Assembly: GCF_000284455.1 (NCBI RefSeq)
Contig: NC_017039.1
Span: forward strand, 2,220,001-2,252,000
Direction: 5' to 3'
DNA: 32,000 nt
DNA from: Synechocystis sp. PCC 6803 substr. PCC-P
Lineage (GTDB): Bacteria > Cyanobacteriota > Cyanobacteriia > Cyanobacteriales > Microcystaceae
This document shows positions 19,166-28,500 of this stretch, piece by piece. The notes beneath the pieces were generated by a model. The model was not told the DNA's origin. It saw nothing but the letters and a program-made list of their open reading frames with translations, and did not search any database. How positions within the stretch are numbered: the stretch's first letter is position 1; each line of letters opens with the position of its first letter. A program made the translations under genes and the position numbers.

Positions 19166-20614
19166 GTGCCACAATTTCCCATGGGTTTTTGCATTGTAAG
19201 GAGAATTAATTTGCGTTTTGCCTCCATTTTGGCCCTGGCTATTCCCCTCAACCTAGTTGCCTCTAGCCTAACCGCCGCTCCTTTGACCAATGGAGAATGC
19301 CTACTTCTGGCCCAAGCAAGCCAACGGAGAAATGTTGGCTCCATCGGCGCACCGGGGGCAAGGGGCGTGGATGGCCAGGACGGTGCCAACACCGATGACC
19401 TAACGGTTTTCAGTGACGGTTCCCCCATGACCCTTAACCTAGCCGGTAGGGATGGGGCTCCGGGGACTCCTGGCGCAGAGGGCTCTCCAGCCAATTGTCC
19501 TGCTTTGGATACCAGCCAGCGGCAAGACGTGCAAATGGCCAATGGCAGTGACGGTGGGGATGGCGGTGATGGGGGGAACGGTGGCAATGGCGGTTCTATC
19601 ACTATCTACACTCGCAACCTCGACAGTCTCAACCAAATTTTTGTCGGGGCCGCTGGCGGTAAAGGGGGCGCTCCGGGTATGGGAGGGGGCGGAGGCCAAG
19701 CCTGCCAATGTAGCCAGCCCTATTGGACTGTGGAAAGTTGTTCTGGCCGTCCGGGGGATAGTGGCTACCGTTGTTCCACCGAAGAATTTCGTTGTTTTAA
19801 TGGTCTTAATGGCCGGGATGGGCGATCAGGTATTGCCGGGCAGGACGGTTTAACTGGGCGGTTGACAGTGCTGAATCTAGACCGACCCTTGGAGCCGGAT
19901 CGACCTGGTACTACGGTGAGCTTAGATGTGTTGAAAAATCAGGGCTTCAATCTGTCCAAAAATATTTGGGAAACTCGCCCAGGGGCAGCCCAATTGTTGG
20001 CCCCAGGTTCCGTCATTGCCGACGAGTATTTAATTTTATTAGACCGGATAGAAAGATCTTTTTTGGTGGTGTGGAATGCCCCCCAACCTTTTGAGCGTTT
20101 TGCCAATACCAATGTGAGTTTAACCCTAACGGAAGATAATCAAATTGCGCCGGAGTTGCCAAGCAATCTTTGGTTGGAAGGTACCACCCAGCAGAGAAAT
20201 AATGTCACCGAATTTGTGGTTTATAATGCCATGTGGGAAGGGGATGCCACTAGTTTAGGGCGTTTAACCTTATCCGGTAGTGGGAATAATTTAAAGCTTT
20301 CTTTGGTAGATGAAGCCAATCAATCCAATTTAATGGCCACCAAGTTTAGGCTCAGATATCGAGTTACTAATGAAGACCCCAGGTTTCGCCCTCCCTCTAC
20401 CTATACTCTGCGTTATGAAGGGGAAATCGAAGATAGTTTGGTCACGGTTAATGGCAATCAATTCACCATTGATATTGGTCAGTTACCAATTCCCCCTAAA
20501 GATTTGGAATCCGGTACTGGAGTAGAAATTGAGCTGGTGGCGGAAAGAACTTTTTCCGGTAACACCGCTGAACAAAAGCTGATCATTCGAGATTTAATTC
20601 GAGGTAGAAATTAA
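19166..20614 (+). CDS. secreted Gly-rich/collagen-like protein of unknown function
   Basis: ORF 482 aa; signal-like N-terminus (MPQFPMGFCIVRRINLRFASILALAIPLNLVASSLTAAP; likely start MGFCIVRR), GAPGARGVDGQDGA, DGGDGGDGGNGGNGG, GLNGRDGRSGIAGQDGLTG, then a beta-rich C-terminus. Confidence 0.8.
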   Translation: MPQFPMGFCIVRRINLRFASILALAIPLNLVASSLTAAPLTNGECLLLAQASQRRNVGSIGAPGARGVDGQDGANTDDLTVFSDGSPMTLNLAGRDGAPGTPGAEGSPANCPALDTSQRQDVQMANGSDGGDGGDGGNGGNGGSITIYTRNLDSLNQIFVGAAGGKGGAPGMGGGGGQACQCSQPYWTVESCSGRPGDSGYRCSTEEFRCFNGLNGRDGRSGIAGQDGLTGRLTVLNLDRPLEPDRPGTTVSLDVLKNQGFNLSKNIWETRPGAAQLLAPGSVIADEYLILLDRIERSFLVVWNAPQPFERFANTNVSLTLTEDNQIAPELPSNLWLEGTTQQRNNVTEFVVYNAMWEGDATSLGRLTLSGSGNNLKLSLVDEANQSNLMATKFRLRYRVTNEDPRFRPPSTYTLRYEGEIEDSLVTVNGNQFTIDIGQLPIPPKDLESGTGVEIELVAERTFSGNTAEQKLIIRDLIRGRN

Positions 20615-20645
20615 CCTGGAATTAAGCCTTTCCCCCAATCCCTAG

Positions 20646-20963
20646 CAATTTTCCCGCAGTCAGTACAACCAAGATTGGCTCGCTTGGGTTAGGCAGGGCA
20701 TTATTGACGAAGTGGTGGTGCAGGTTTACGGTTCTACTCCGGCGGAAGTGCAACAAACCGTTGCCAATTCTGGTATTCATACTGCCTCCCGTTACGTGCC
20801 CGTGGGCATTGGCCTCTACACCGGCATTAAAGCTAAACCATTTAATTTGCAAGCCGTCCAAAACCAGGTTAAGGCTGTGAAAGAGCAAAATCTAGGTCAT
20901 TCTCTTTTTGTCTGGGAATTTTTAGTGTTGAGAACAATCAACGCCCATCTCAATGTTCTGTAA
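20646..20963 (+). pseudogene. C-terminal remnant of a glycosyl hydrolase-like GHL10 (YngK-like) protein
   Basis: Manual extension of the ORF: QFSRSQYNQDWLAWVRQGIIDEVVVQVYGSTPAEVQQTV...VPVGIGLYTGIKAKPFNLQAVQNQVKAVKEQNLGHSLFVWEFL; DWxxWxxxGxIDExVVQVY resembles the family C-terminus, with no catalytic N-terminus. Confidence 0.6.
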
Positions 20964-21075
20964 GGGTTCTATAAAAATTGTGAGAAACTCCCCTGGGCAA
21001 AGGAGCCATAGCTAGTGTTAGACTCCAGCCTTTTTTTTCCCAAGCTTTCCTTCGTTATTTTTTTCTCTTTAGTCC

Positions 21076-21555
21076 CTAAATTTCCCCTGGATTGAGGGGA
21101 ATCATGGCCCAGGTGACATAGGTGCCAATGGGGCTCCAAAGCAAAAACGGTACTAAGAAACCAAAAGCAGTGGTGGAAACTTGACTAACGGCGATCACCA
21201 GGGCGAGCCCCACAAAGAAACCTGTCGCACCAATAATACTGCCCACCCTTAAACTCCGGAGTTTACACATCACGGGGGTGTAGGCCATGACAGTCAATTC
21301 CAGCAGAAGATAGCCGACCATTAATCCCCAGCGATGTCCCGGGTCCGCCGTGGCATTCCAGGCTAGGGTAGCGGAAATGGCTCCAGCAATGAAAATGGCA
21401 ATCCAGATGAAGGGGATGGCCCACTCAAAAGTTAGCCAAGAAGGGCGACGCAGGCGATTGAACCAACGCAAATCCCTGGGGGATAAACGGTTACACACAA
21501 AGGCTAGGGCAAAAGCGATCAACCCAATCCATAGCCAAGCTGGAATCATAAACAC
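21076..21555 (-). CDS. TspO/MBR-family tryptophan-rich membrane protein
   Basis: ORF 159 aa; five hydrophobic helices, RRPSWLTFEWAIPFIWIAIFIAGAISATLAW. Confidence 0.8.
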   Translation of the reverse strand: MFMIPAWLWIGLIAFALAFVCNRLSPRDLRWFNRLRRPSWLTFEWAIPFIWIAIFIAGAISATLAWNATADPGHRWGLMVGYLLLELTVMAYTPVMCKLRSLRVGSIIGATGFFVGLALVIAVSQVSTTAFGFLVPFLLWSPIGTYVTWAMIPLNPGEI

Positions 21556-21676
21556 TTTCCATTAACTTGTGCAAATTCTATCATCGCCCCCTGGCTGAGA
21601 TCGGTGATATCGGTGGCATTATCAACACTGGTATAATTCCCGTTGGTTCCGAATACGAGTATGGGGCAGTGAAAGG

Positions 21677-23194
21677 ATGATCGACCAAGAGACAGATGGC
21701 ATTGAGAAGTTGGAGACGGGTATTCCAGGCTTTGATTTTCTGTCCGACGGTGGTCTCCCCCTCGGCCGCGCCACCCTAATTGCCGGCACAGCAGGTAGTG
21801 CTAAAACTATTTTTGCTTCCCAATTTTTAGTCGAAGGTATTCAGCGGGGGGAAAACGGTGTTTTTGTCACTTTTGAGGAACCCCCCAAGGCCCTACGGAA
21901 AAATATGCGGGGTTTTGGTTGGGATATTCAACAATGGGAAAACGAAGGTAAATGGGTTTTTGTCGATGCTTCCCCCCAACCAGGCGATCGCCCCATTGTC
22001 AGCGGTGAATATGACCTAGGGGCCTTGATTGCCCGCATTGAACACGCTGTCCGTAAATATAAAGCCAGTCGCATTTCCCTCGATTCCCTGGGGGCAATTT
22101 TTAGTCACCTCAGTGACAGTGCCCAGGTGCGCAGTGACCTATTCCGCTTGGCCTCTGCCCTCCGGGAACTGGGAGTCACCGCCATTATGACCGCCGAACG
22201 GGTGGAAGAATACGGTGAAATTAGCCGTTACGGAGTGGAAGAATTTGTTGCTGATAACGTGGTCATTGTCCGCAACGTCCTCGCCGATGAAAAACGTCGT
22301 CGCACCATCGAGATCCTTAAATACCGTGGCACCGACCACCAAAAGGGCGAATTTCCCTTCACTATCATTAATAAAAAAGGCATCGTCATCATTCCCCTGT
22401 CGGCGATCGAGCTGGAGCAAAAATCCTCCGACATCCGCATCACCTCCGGCAGTGAAGAATTAGACCGCATGTGTGGCAGTGGCTTCTTCCGGGATTCGAT
22501 TATTTTAGTCTCCGGGGCAACGGGTACTGGTAAAACCCTGATGGTGACGGAGTTTATGGACGGCGGCGTGGCCAATGGAGAGCGCTGTTTAGTTTTTGCC
22601 TTTGAGGAAAGTCGAGAACAATTAATTCGCAATGCCACCGGCTGGGGGGTAGATTTCAAACAAATGGAAAAGGAAGGCAAACTAAAAGTGGTTTGTCGCT
22701 ATCCAGAAACCACCAACTTGGAAAACCACCTGATCATGATGAAGGATATTATCCAAGAATTTAAGCCCAATCGGGTGGCGGTGGACAGTCTTTCTGCCCT
22801 AGAACGGGTTTCCACCCTAAAAAGTTTTCGCGAATTTATTATTGGCTTAACTTCCTTTATTAAACAACAGGAAATTGGTGGTTTATTCACTTCCACTACC
22901 CCCAATTTACTAGGGGGAGCTTCCATTACCGATGCCCATATTTCCACCATTACCGATTCGATTATTCTTTTGCGTTACGTGGAAATGTATGGCGAAATGC
23001 GCCGGGGAATTACGGTGCTAAAGATGCGGGGTTCTATGCACGACAAAGATATCCGGGAATTTTCCATTGACCATCAAGGGATGCACATTGGTAAACCTTT
23101 CCGTAATGTCACCGGCATTCTGGCCGGGACCCCCATGTACACAGCCCAGAGTGAGGTGGAAAGATTGAGCGGTTTATTCGATGAGAAAATATAG
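21677..23194 (+). CDS. kaiC3: KaiC-family protein, KaiC3-like
   Basis: ORF 505 aa; two RecA-like domains with Walker A GTAGSAKT and GATGTGKT, catalytic Glu pairs FVTFEEP and VFAFEES, phosphosite region [18 protein letters not shown]. Confidence 0.93.
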   Translation: MIDQETDGIEKLETGIPGFDFLSDGGLPLGRATLIAGTAGSAKTIFASQFLVEGIQRGENGVFVTFEEPPKALRKNMRGFGWDIQQWENEGKWVFVDASPQPGDRPIVSGEYDLGALIARIEHAVRKYKASRISLDSLGAIFSHLSDSAQVRSDLFRLASALRELGVTAIMTAERVEEYGEISRYGVEEFVADNVVIVRNVLADEKRRRTIEILKYRGTDHQKGEFPFTIINKKGIVIIPLSAIELEQKSSDIRITSGSEELDRMCGSGFFRDSIILVSGATGTGKTLMVTEFMDGGVANGERCLVFAFEESREQLIRNATGWGVDFKQMEKEGKLKVVCRYPETTNLENHLIMMKDIIQEFKPNRVAVDSLSALERVSTLKSFREFIIGLTSFIKQQEIGGLFTSTTPNLLGGASITDAHISTITDSIILLRYVEMYGEMRRGITVLKMRGSMHDKDIREFSIDHQGMHIGKPFRNVTGILAGTPMYTAQSEVERLSGLFDEKI

Positions 23195-23232
23195 TCAATT
23201 CTTCCCTTTGTAAACCTGGAGGCAATCAATCC

Positions 23233-23409
23233 ATGCAGTGGCAAGAATCTTTACCCTGGACCCCCGAAGCTCGGCAAAAGTTGAAGAATATTCCCTATTT
23301 TGCCCGGGTGCAAGCCCGTCAGCGCATTGAGCAGTTAGCTCGGCAGGCCGATCTAGATGAGGTCACTGTGGATTTGGTAGAACAAGCCCGTCTGGAGTTT
23401 GGCCAATGA
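23233..23409 (+). CDS. small 58-aa protein with PCP_red (protochlorophyllide reductase subunit B C-terminal-like) signature
   Basis: Manual translation [58 protein letters not shown]; pattern W...A...L..IP.FAR..AR..IE..A......VT...V..AR..F; starts 38 nt after the kaiC3 stop; below the track cut-off. Confidence 0.85.
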   Translation: MQWQESLPWTPEARQKLKNIPYFARVQARQRIEQLARQADLDEVTVDLVEQARLEFGQ

Positions 23410-23422
23410 GTTGGTCTGACTT

Positions 23423-24457
23423 TTGGGGCTAAACTCACAGGTAAATCCCATTTCACCATGCATGGTTACAAATTCACCAAGCCGGTCTGACATCAGTGTT
23501 TACAATGGCGATCGCCAGGGGCCAATGTATTCTCTGATTGTGCCCATTTATAACGAAGAAGATAATATTCCCGTGTTATATGAGCGGCTCAAGGCAGTCA
23601 TGGATCAATTGGCAAGTACGGAACTAGTGCTGATTAATGATGGCAGCGGCGATCGATCCTTAGAAATGATTCGGGCTTTGCATGATCAGGATAAACGGGT
23701 CTGTTACCTTAGTTTTGCCCGTAACTTTGGTCATCAAGTGGCGGTGACGGCGGGGCTAAACTTCGCCCGGGGCCAGGCGGTGATTATTCTCGATGCGGAT
23801 TTGCAAGATCCCCCCGAATTGGTGCCCCAATTGGTGGAAAGGTGGCAAGCAGGCTACAGCGTGGTCTATGCCCAACGGGTTAAACGTCGGCAGGAAAGCT
23901 GGTTTAAGCGGCTAACGGCCTATGGGTTCTACCGACTATTGCAACGGTTAGCAGATGTAAGAATTCCGGCGGACACGGGGGATTTTTGCCTGATGGACCG
24001 CCAAGTGGTGGATTTGCTCAACACCATGCCGGAAAGAAATCGTTATATTCGGGGATTAAGGGCCTGGGTTGGCTTTCCCCAAACCGGCGTTAAATTTGAA
24101 CGGGATCCTCGCCATGCCGGGGAAGTGAAATACACTTTTCGTAAATCTCTCCGTTTAGCCATTAACAGTCTGGTTTCCTTTTCCATTGTGCCCCTGCGTT
24201 TGGCCACCTACCTAGGACTTTTAGCCGCTCTCCTAGCCATAGCTATGATGATATTAGTTTTATACTGGCGCTTATCGGAAACCAATTCCCCTTTGGATGG
24301 GTTTGCCACAGTGGTCATCGCTAATCTATTTTTTGGTGCAGTTCAGCTAATTTGCATTGGCATTTTAGGGGAATACATTGGCAGAATTTACGATGAAGTC
24401 AAAGGGAGGCCTCTGTATACTTTGGCAGAGATGGCTGGCTTTGAACAACTTCTTTAG
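23423..24457 (+). CDS. family 2 glycosyltransferase (DPM1/GtrB-like, membrane anchored)
   Basis: [67 protein letters not shown], two C-terminal TM helices; likely true start ATG at 23527. Confidence 0.93.
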
Positions 24458-24692
24458 AGTCTGTTTAAAAAGTCTAAAAATTGTCTCACTACCCCCATGA
24501 TTTACCTTGGAAAGGAGAAAAATTCTTAAACCCAACCCTTTTCAAAGGGGATTAGATAACGGTAAATACAACCTTTGAAAACTGCCCTTAAAACGCAATT
24601 TTTAGCAATAAAAACTATCCTCACCCAATCAACTCTTCACCCTGACATCAGATTGGTCAACAACTAATTTTTCCAACTATTTTTCCAATACC

Positions 24693-26309
24693 ATGATTGA
24701 CTTCAAACGTTTGTTAGGAATTGCCCTTACTTCTAGCCTATTAGTTTTAGCTTCACCAAGCGTAATCAAAGGGGCCGAAACCATTACTTTTTCCATTATG
24801 CCCCTGGGACAGTTTGACATTTCTGTGAAAAGTCTGACAGATTTTGCTGAAACTGGTACCATCGACCCGGATTTTAAATTTTATACTCAGCATCTCAAGC
24901 CAGAAGAACTAGAGAAACTAAGGGGCTTGCTGAACCATTCTTTTAAGTTTAACTCCGTAGAAGCTTTTCGATTTTTTAATACAACTTTTGGCAAAGAAAT
25001 TGCCCAACAATTGAGCTACATTATTGCGGCCCCGACCGATCAAAGCCAACCTTTTTTAGAAGGGGCGATTGTGACAGCGGCCCAAAACCCTGACGGCTTT
25101 AAAATTATCGATGTTATTAATGCCTATGGTGGCTCAGATTTAGTTTTAAACTTAGATACTTTTAAAAATACCATTGACCAAGCGGATACCCTATATCAAG
25201 CCACCGATCGAATTTTTACCTGGTTGGGTAAGCAGGAAATTCCATCTAACCCCGTGCCCCCTAACCTAAAACCCTTGGCTTTGGCTGAACCTGGACCACA
25301 AAAATGGACAACGCAAAATCTCACCATTCCCCGCCCCAATGGGCAACCAGTCAATGTTTTTGTTTATCTGCCCCAAGGCAATAGTTCGCCAGCCCCTCTA
25401 GTAGTGATTGCCCCTGGCTTAAACTCTAATTTTCAGGCCTTCACCTACATTGCCGATCATTTGGCGTCCTATGGCTTTACGATCGCCGGCATTGATTTTC
25501 CCGAAAGTGATGCGGCTCGGATGCAGGATTCTCTCCAGGGCTTAGATGCGTTTCCCGATCCCAATGCCTGGCTAGAACAACCCAAGGATGTCACCTTAGT
25601 GCTCGATACCCTAGCCCAAAAAGCAGCCACAGATCCAGCTTGGCAGGGCAAATTTGACATCAATAATGTGGGAATCTTGGGCCACTCCCTCGGTGGCTAC
25701 ACGGCGATCGCCAGTGGAGGAGCAACCCTGGAATGGCCGGAGTTACTGCAACAGTGCGAACAACTAAATAAACCCAATCAAATTAATCTCAACCCGGCCC
25801 TACTCTGGCAATGTCAGGGGGTTGGCAGTGCCCCGCCTGCGTCTAACCTCAGGGAGTCCCGGATTAAAGCGGTGCTGGCCATCAATCCAGTTACTAACCC
25901 CATTTTTGGCCCCGATGGCATGAAGAACCTAGCTGTACCCACCCTGATTGTGGCGGGTAGTAAAGACATTTTTGCTCCACCGGTACCGGAACAAATCATT
26001 CCTTTTTCCCTAATTGAAGGGGTGAATAAGTATCTGCTTCTAGTGCAAAATGGCACCCATCTATCCTTTCTAGAAGATACGGACAATTTACCGGAAAAAA
26101 TTGTTGGCCCAGGACAAGATTTAGCCTACACCTACATGAAAAGTTTAGGTTTGGCTTTCTTTGATCTTTATCTTCAGCAAGATAGTAGTTTTAAACCATA
26201 TCTAACGGATAGCGTGGTGCAACAAATGAGTCAGGAGCCTTTACCTTTGCAATTGGTGCCCAGCCTCACCCCAGCCCAACTCCAACAGGCTATGGATATT
26301 AATAACTAG
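24693..26309 (+). CDS. secreted alpha/beta hydrolase, PAF-acetylhydrolase-like, with N-terminal DUF1400-like region
   Basis: ORF 538 aa; signal-like N-terminus, VIAPGLNSNFQAFTYIADHLASYGF, GILGHSLGGYTAI, VAGSKDIFAPPVPEQI, NGTHLSF. Confidence 0.85.
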   Translation: MIDFKRLLGIALTSSLLVLASPSVIKGAETITFSIMPLGQFDISVKSLTDFAETGTIDPDFKFYTQHLKPEELEKLRGLLNHSFKFNSVEAFRFFNTTFGKEIAQQLSYIIAAPTDQSQPFLEGAIVTAAQNPDGFKIIDVINAYGGSDLVLNLDTFKNTIDQADTLYQATDRIFTWLGKQEIPSNPVPPNLKPLALAEPGPQKWTTQNLTIPRPNGQPVNVFVYLPQGNSSPAPLVVIAPGLNSNFQAFTYIADHLASYGFTIAGIDFPESDAARMQDSLQGLDAFPDPNAWLEQPKDVTLVLDTLAQKAATDPAWQGKFDINNVGILGHSLGGYTAIASGGATLEWPELLQQCEQLNKPNQINLNPALLWQCQGVGSAPPASNLRESRIKAVLAINPVTNPIFGPDGMKNLAVPTLIVAGSKDIFAPPVPEQIIPFSLIEGVNKYLLLVQNGTHLSFLEDTDNLPEKIVGPGQDLAYTYMKSLGLAFFDLYLQQDSSFKPYLTDSVVQQMSQEPLPLQLVPSLTPAQLQQAMDINN

Positions 26310-26403
26310 TACTCGGTCTAGGGCAGGAGTTGCCCCGGATGTTTTTGATGGTATTATCAAGGGCATCTTTTGCAGACTTTATAACTGTAGTGAGGCAATA
26401 ACC

Positions 26404-28002
26404 ATGGCAGAGGCACCGATCGCCCCGGTGGTTCTGGTCATCCTAGATGGCTGGGGCTATCGCCCAGATACCCGCGCAAATGCAATTGCCCAGGCTAACA
26501 CCCCCATTATGGATAGTCTGATCGCCGCTTATCCCAATACCCTGGTGAATACTTCAGGGAAAGATGTGGGTTTGCCCAAAGGTCAAATGGGTAATTCCGA
26601 AGTTGGTCACCTCAATTTGGGTGCTGGGCGAGTGGTACCCCAGGAGTTGGTGCGTATTAGTGATGCCATTGAGGACGGAACTTTTTTTGACAACCAAGCG
26701 CTGATTGAAGTCTGCCAACGGGTGCGCGATCGCCGAGGAAAATTGCATTTAATCGGTCTTTGTTCCGACGGAGGAGTTCATTCCCACATTGACCATCTTT
26801 TGGGACTGATTGACTTGGCTAAACTCCAGGGCATCAGTCAACTTTGCATCCACGCCATTACCGATGGCCGGGATACTCCCACCAATGAAGGGGCCCATTT
26901 TGTCCAACAAATCCAAGCCCATCTAGAGAAAATTGGCCTGGGCCGCATTGTCAGTGTCAGTGGCCGCTACTACGCCTTAGACCGCGATCGCCGTTGGGAC
27001 CGGGTGGAAAAAGCCTATCGAGTCATGACCGAAGACGGGGTAGGGGATGGCCGCAGTGCCGCCCAGGTGATCAAGGATTATTACGCCAGCGACATCACCG
27101 ATGAATTTATTCCCCCTACTAGAATTGGTGCCGGGGCGATCGCCTCTGGGGATGGGGTAATTTTCTACAACTTCCGTCCCGACCGGGCCAGACAACTTTG
27201 CTACGCCTTGGTTAATCCTAGCTTTGATGGTTTTCCCAGGGAAAGGATTCAGCCTCTGGATTTTGTCACCTTTACCCAGTACGATCCTGCCCTGCCAGTG
27301 GTTGTGGCCTTCGAGCCGCAAAACTTGAATAACATTTTGGGGGAAATTATCTCCCGCCAGGGAATGAAGCAATTCCGCACCGCAGAAACGGAAAAATATC
27401 CCCATGTCACCTATTTTTTCAATGGTGGTTTGGAACAACCCTTTGCCGGGGAAGACCGGGAGCTAATTCAAAGCCCCATGGTTTCCACCTATGACAAAGC
27501 GCCCCAGATGTCTGCCAAAGCCGTTACCGATGCGGTTTGTCGGGCCATGGAAAAAGGCATTTATTCCCTGGTGGTGGTCAACTATGCCAACCCCGATATG
27601 GTGGGACACACCGGCAAGCTCAAAGAAGCCATTCAGGCGATCGAAACCGTCGACCTCAATTTGGGCCGCCTTCTGGCCAGCGCCGCTAAAGTGGGGGGCA
27701 CCGTGTTGATCACCGCGGACCATGGCAATGCGGAATATATGAGCGATGAATCCGGCAATCCCTGGACCGCCCACACCACTAATCCGGTGCCGTTTATTTT
27801 GGTGGAAGGGGAAGGACGTAAAATTCCTGGCCACGGCGGTGAAGTCAAGCTACGGGAAGGGGGAAAACTGGCGGACATCGCCCCGACTATTTTGGATATT
27901 TTGCAGTTGCCCGTTCCGGCGGAAATGACTGGTAAAACCTTAATCGATCAGCCGTTGGTAGAAATCAAGGCCAATCGCACTCCGGTCAATCTCTCCCGTT
28001 AG
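26404..28002 (+). CDS. gpmI: 2,3-bisphosphoglycerate-independent phosphoglycerate mutase
   Basis: ORF 532 aa; VVLVILDGWGYRPD, GQMGNSEVGHLNLGAGRVV, SDGGVHSHIDHL, TADHGNAEYM. Confidence 0.97.
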   Translation: MAEAPIAPVVLVILDGWGYRPDTRANAIAQANTPIMDSLIAAYPNTLVNTSGKDVGLPKGQMGNSEVGHLNLGAGRVVPQELVRISDAIEDGTFFDNQALIEVCQRVRDRRGKLHLIGLCSDGGVHSHIDHLLGLIDLAKLQGISQLCIHAITDGRDTPTNEGAHFVQQIQAHLEKIGLGRIVSVSGRYYALDRDRRWDRVEKAYRVMTEDGVGDGRSAAQVIKDYYASDITDEFIPPTRIGAGAIASGDGVIFYNFRPDRARQLCYALVNPSFDGFPRERIQPLDFVTFTQYDPALPVVVAFEPQNLNNILGEIISRQGMKQFRTAETEKYPHVTYFFNGGLEQPFAGEDRELIQSPMVSTYDKAPQMSAKAVTDAVCRAMEKGIYSLVVVNYANPDMVGHTGKLKEAIQAIETVDLNLGRLLASAAKVGGTVLITADHGNAEYMSDESGNPWTAHTTNPVPFILVEGEGRKIPGHGGEVKLREGGKLADIAPTILDILQLPVPAEMTGKTLIDQPLVEIKANRTPVNLSR

Positions 28003-28066
28003 GTAGGGGGATGGAAAAGCGCTAAAATAAAAAGCCTGTATGATCGCCGAGGGGCGCTGAATTGTT

Positions 28067-28300
28067 ATGACTTTGATTACTGTTCTACGAATTATTTGGA
28101 TGGCTTCCGCCGCTCTGTTGACCGTACTGGTGTTGCTTCATAGCCCCAAAGGGGATGGCATTGCCGGCATCGGTGGCCAAGCCCAATTATTCACCAGTGC
28201 CAAAAGTGCAGAGAAAACCCTCAACCAAGTGACCTGGACCCTGAGCATTATTTTTATTGGTCTGACTATTATTTTGAGCGCTGGCTGGCTAGCGAATTAG
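28067..28300 (+). CDS. secG: protein-export membrane protein SecG
   Basis: ORF 77 aa; two TM helices, LLTVLVLLHSPKGDGIAGIGGQAQLFTSAKSAEKTLNQVTWTLSIIF. Confidence 0.92.
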   Translation: MTLITVLRIIWMASAALLTVLVLLHSPKGDGIAGIGGQAQLFTSAKSAEKTLNQVTWTLSIIFIGLTIILSAGWLAN

Positions 28301-28324
28301 AACGTGTTTTAAATGCTCCCCTAG

Positions 28325-28342
28325 CCCCCCAATTCTGGGGGG
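28325..28342. repeat. GC-rich inverted repeat CCCCCC-AATTCT-GGGGGG
   Basis: Perfect 6-bp arms around a 6-nt loop, 25 nt after the secG stop. Confidence 0.5.
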
Positions 28343-28500
28343 AATGGTGTTCAAAGTCCCCCAAACTTGCCGGAGCTTTAGTGAGGAGATTTAGGGGGCG
28401 GGTCATAGCCTTTTAGACAAGCTCTTGGGTTAATCACACCGATCATAAAATAAATATAACTTCTAGGCTCCAACATATTCAGATTTCCTTCTCTCCGTCG

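Noticed and set aside
19048-19853. Minus-strand 184-aa and 89-aa ORFs plus the +strand 133-aa ORF
   Set aside because: Low-complexity Pro/Ser or Val/Ala readings created by the Gly-rich repeats of the main ORF in other frames.
26977-27834. Minus-strand 153-aa and 123-aa ORFs
   Set aside because: Antisense to gpmI, which has full motif support.
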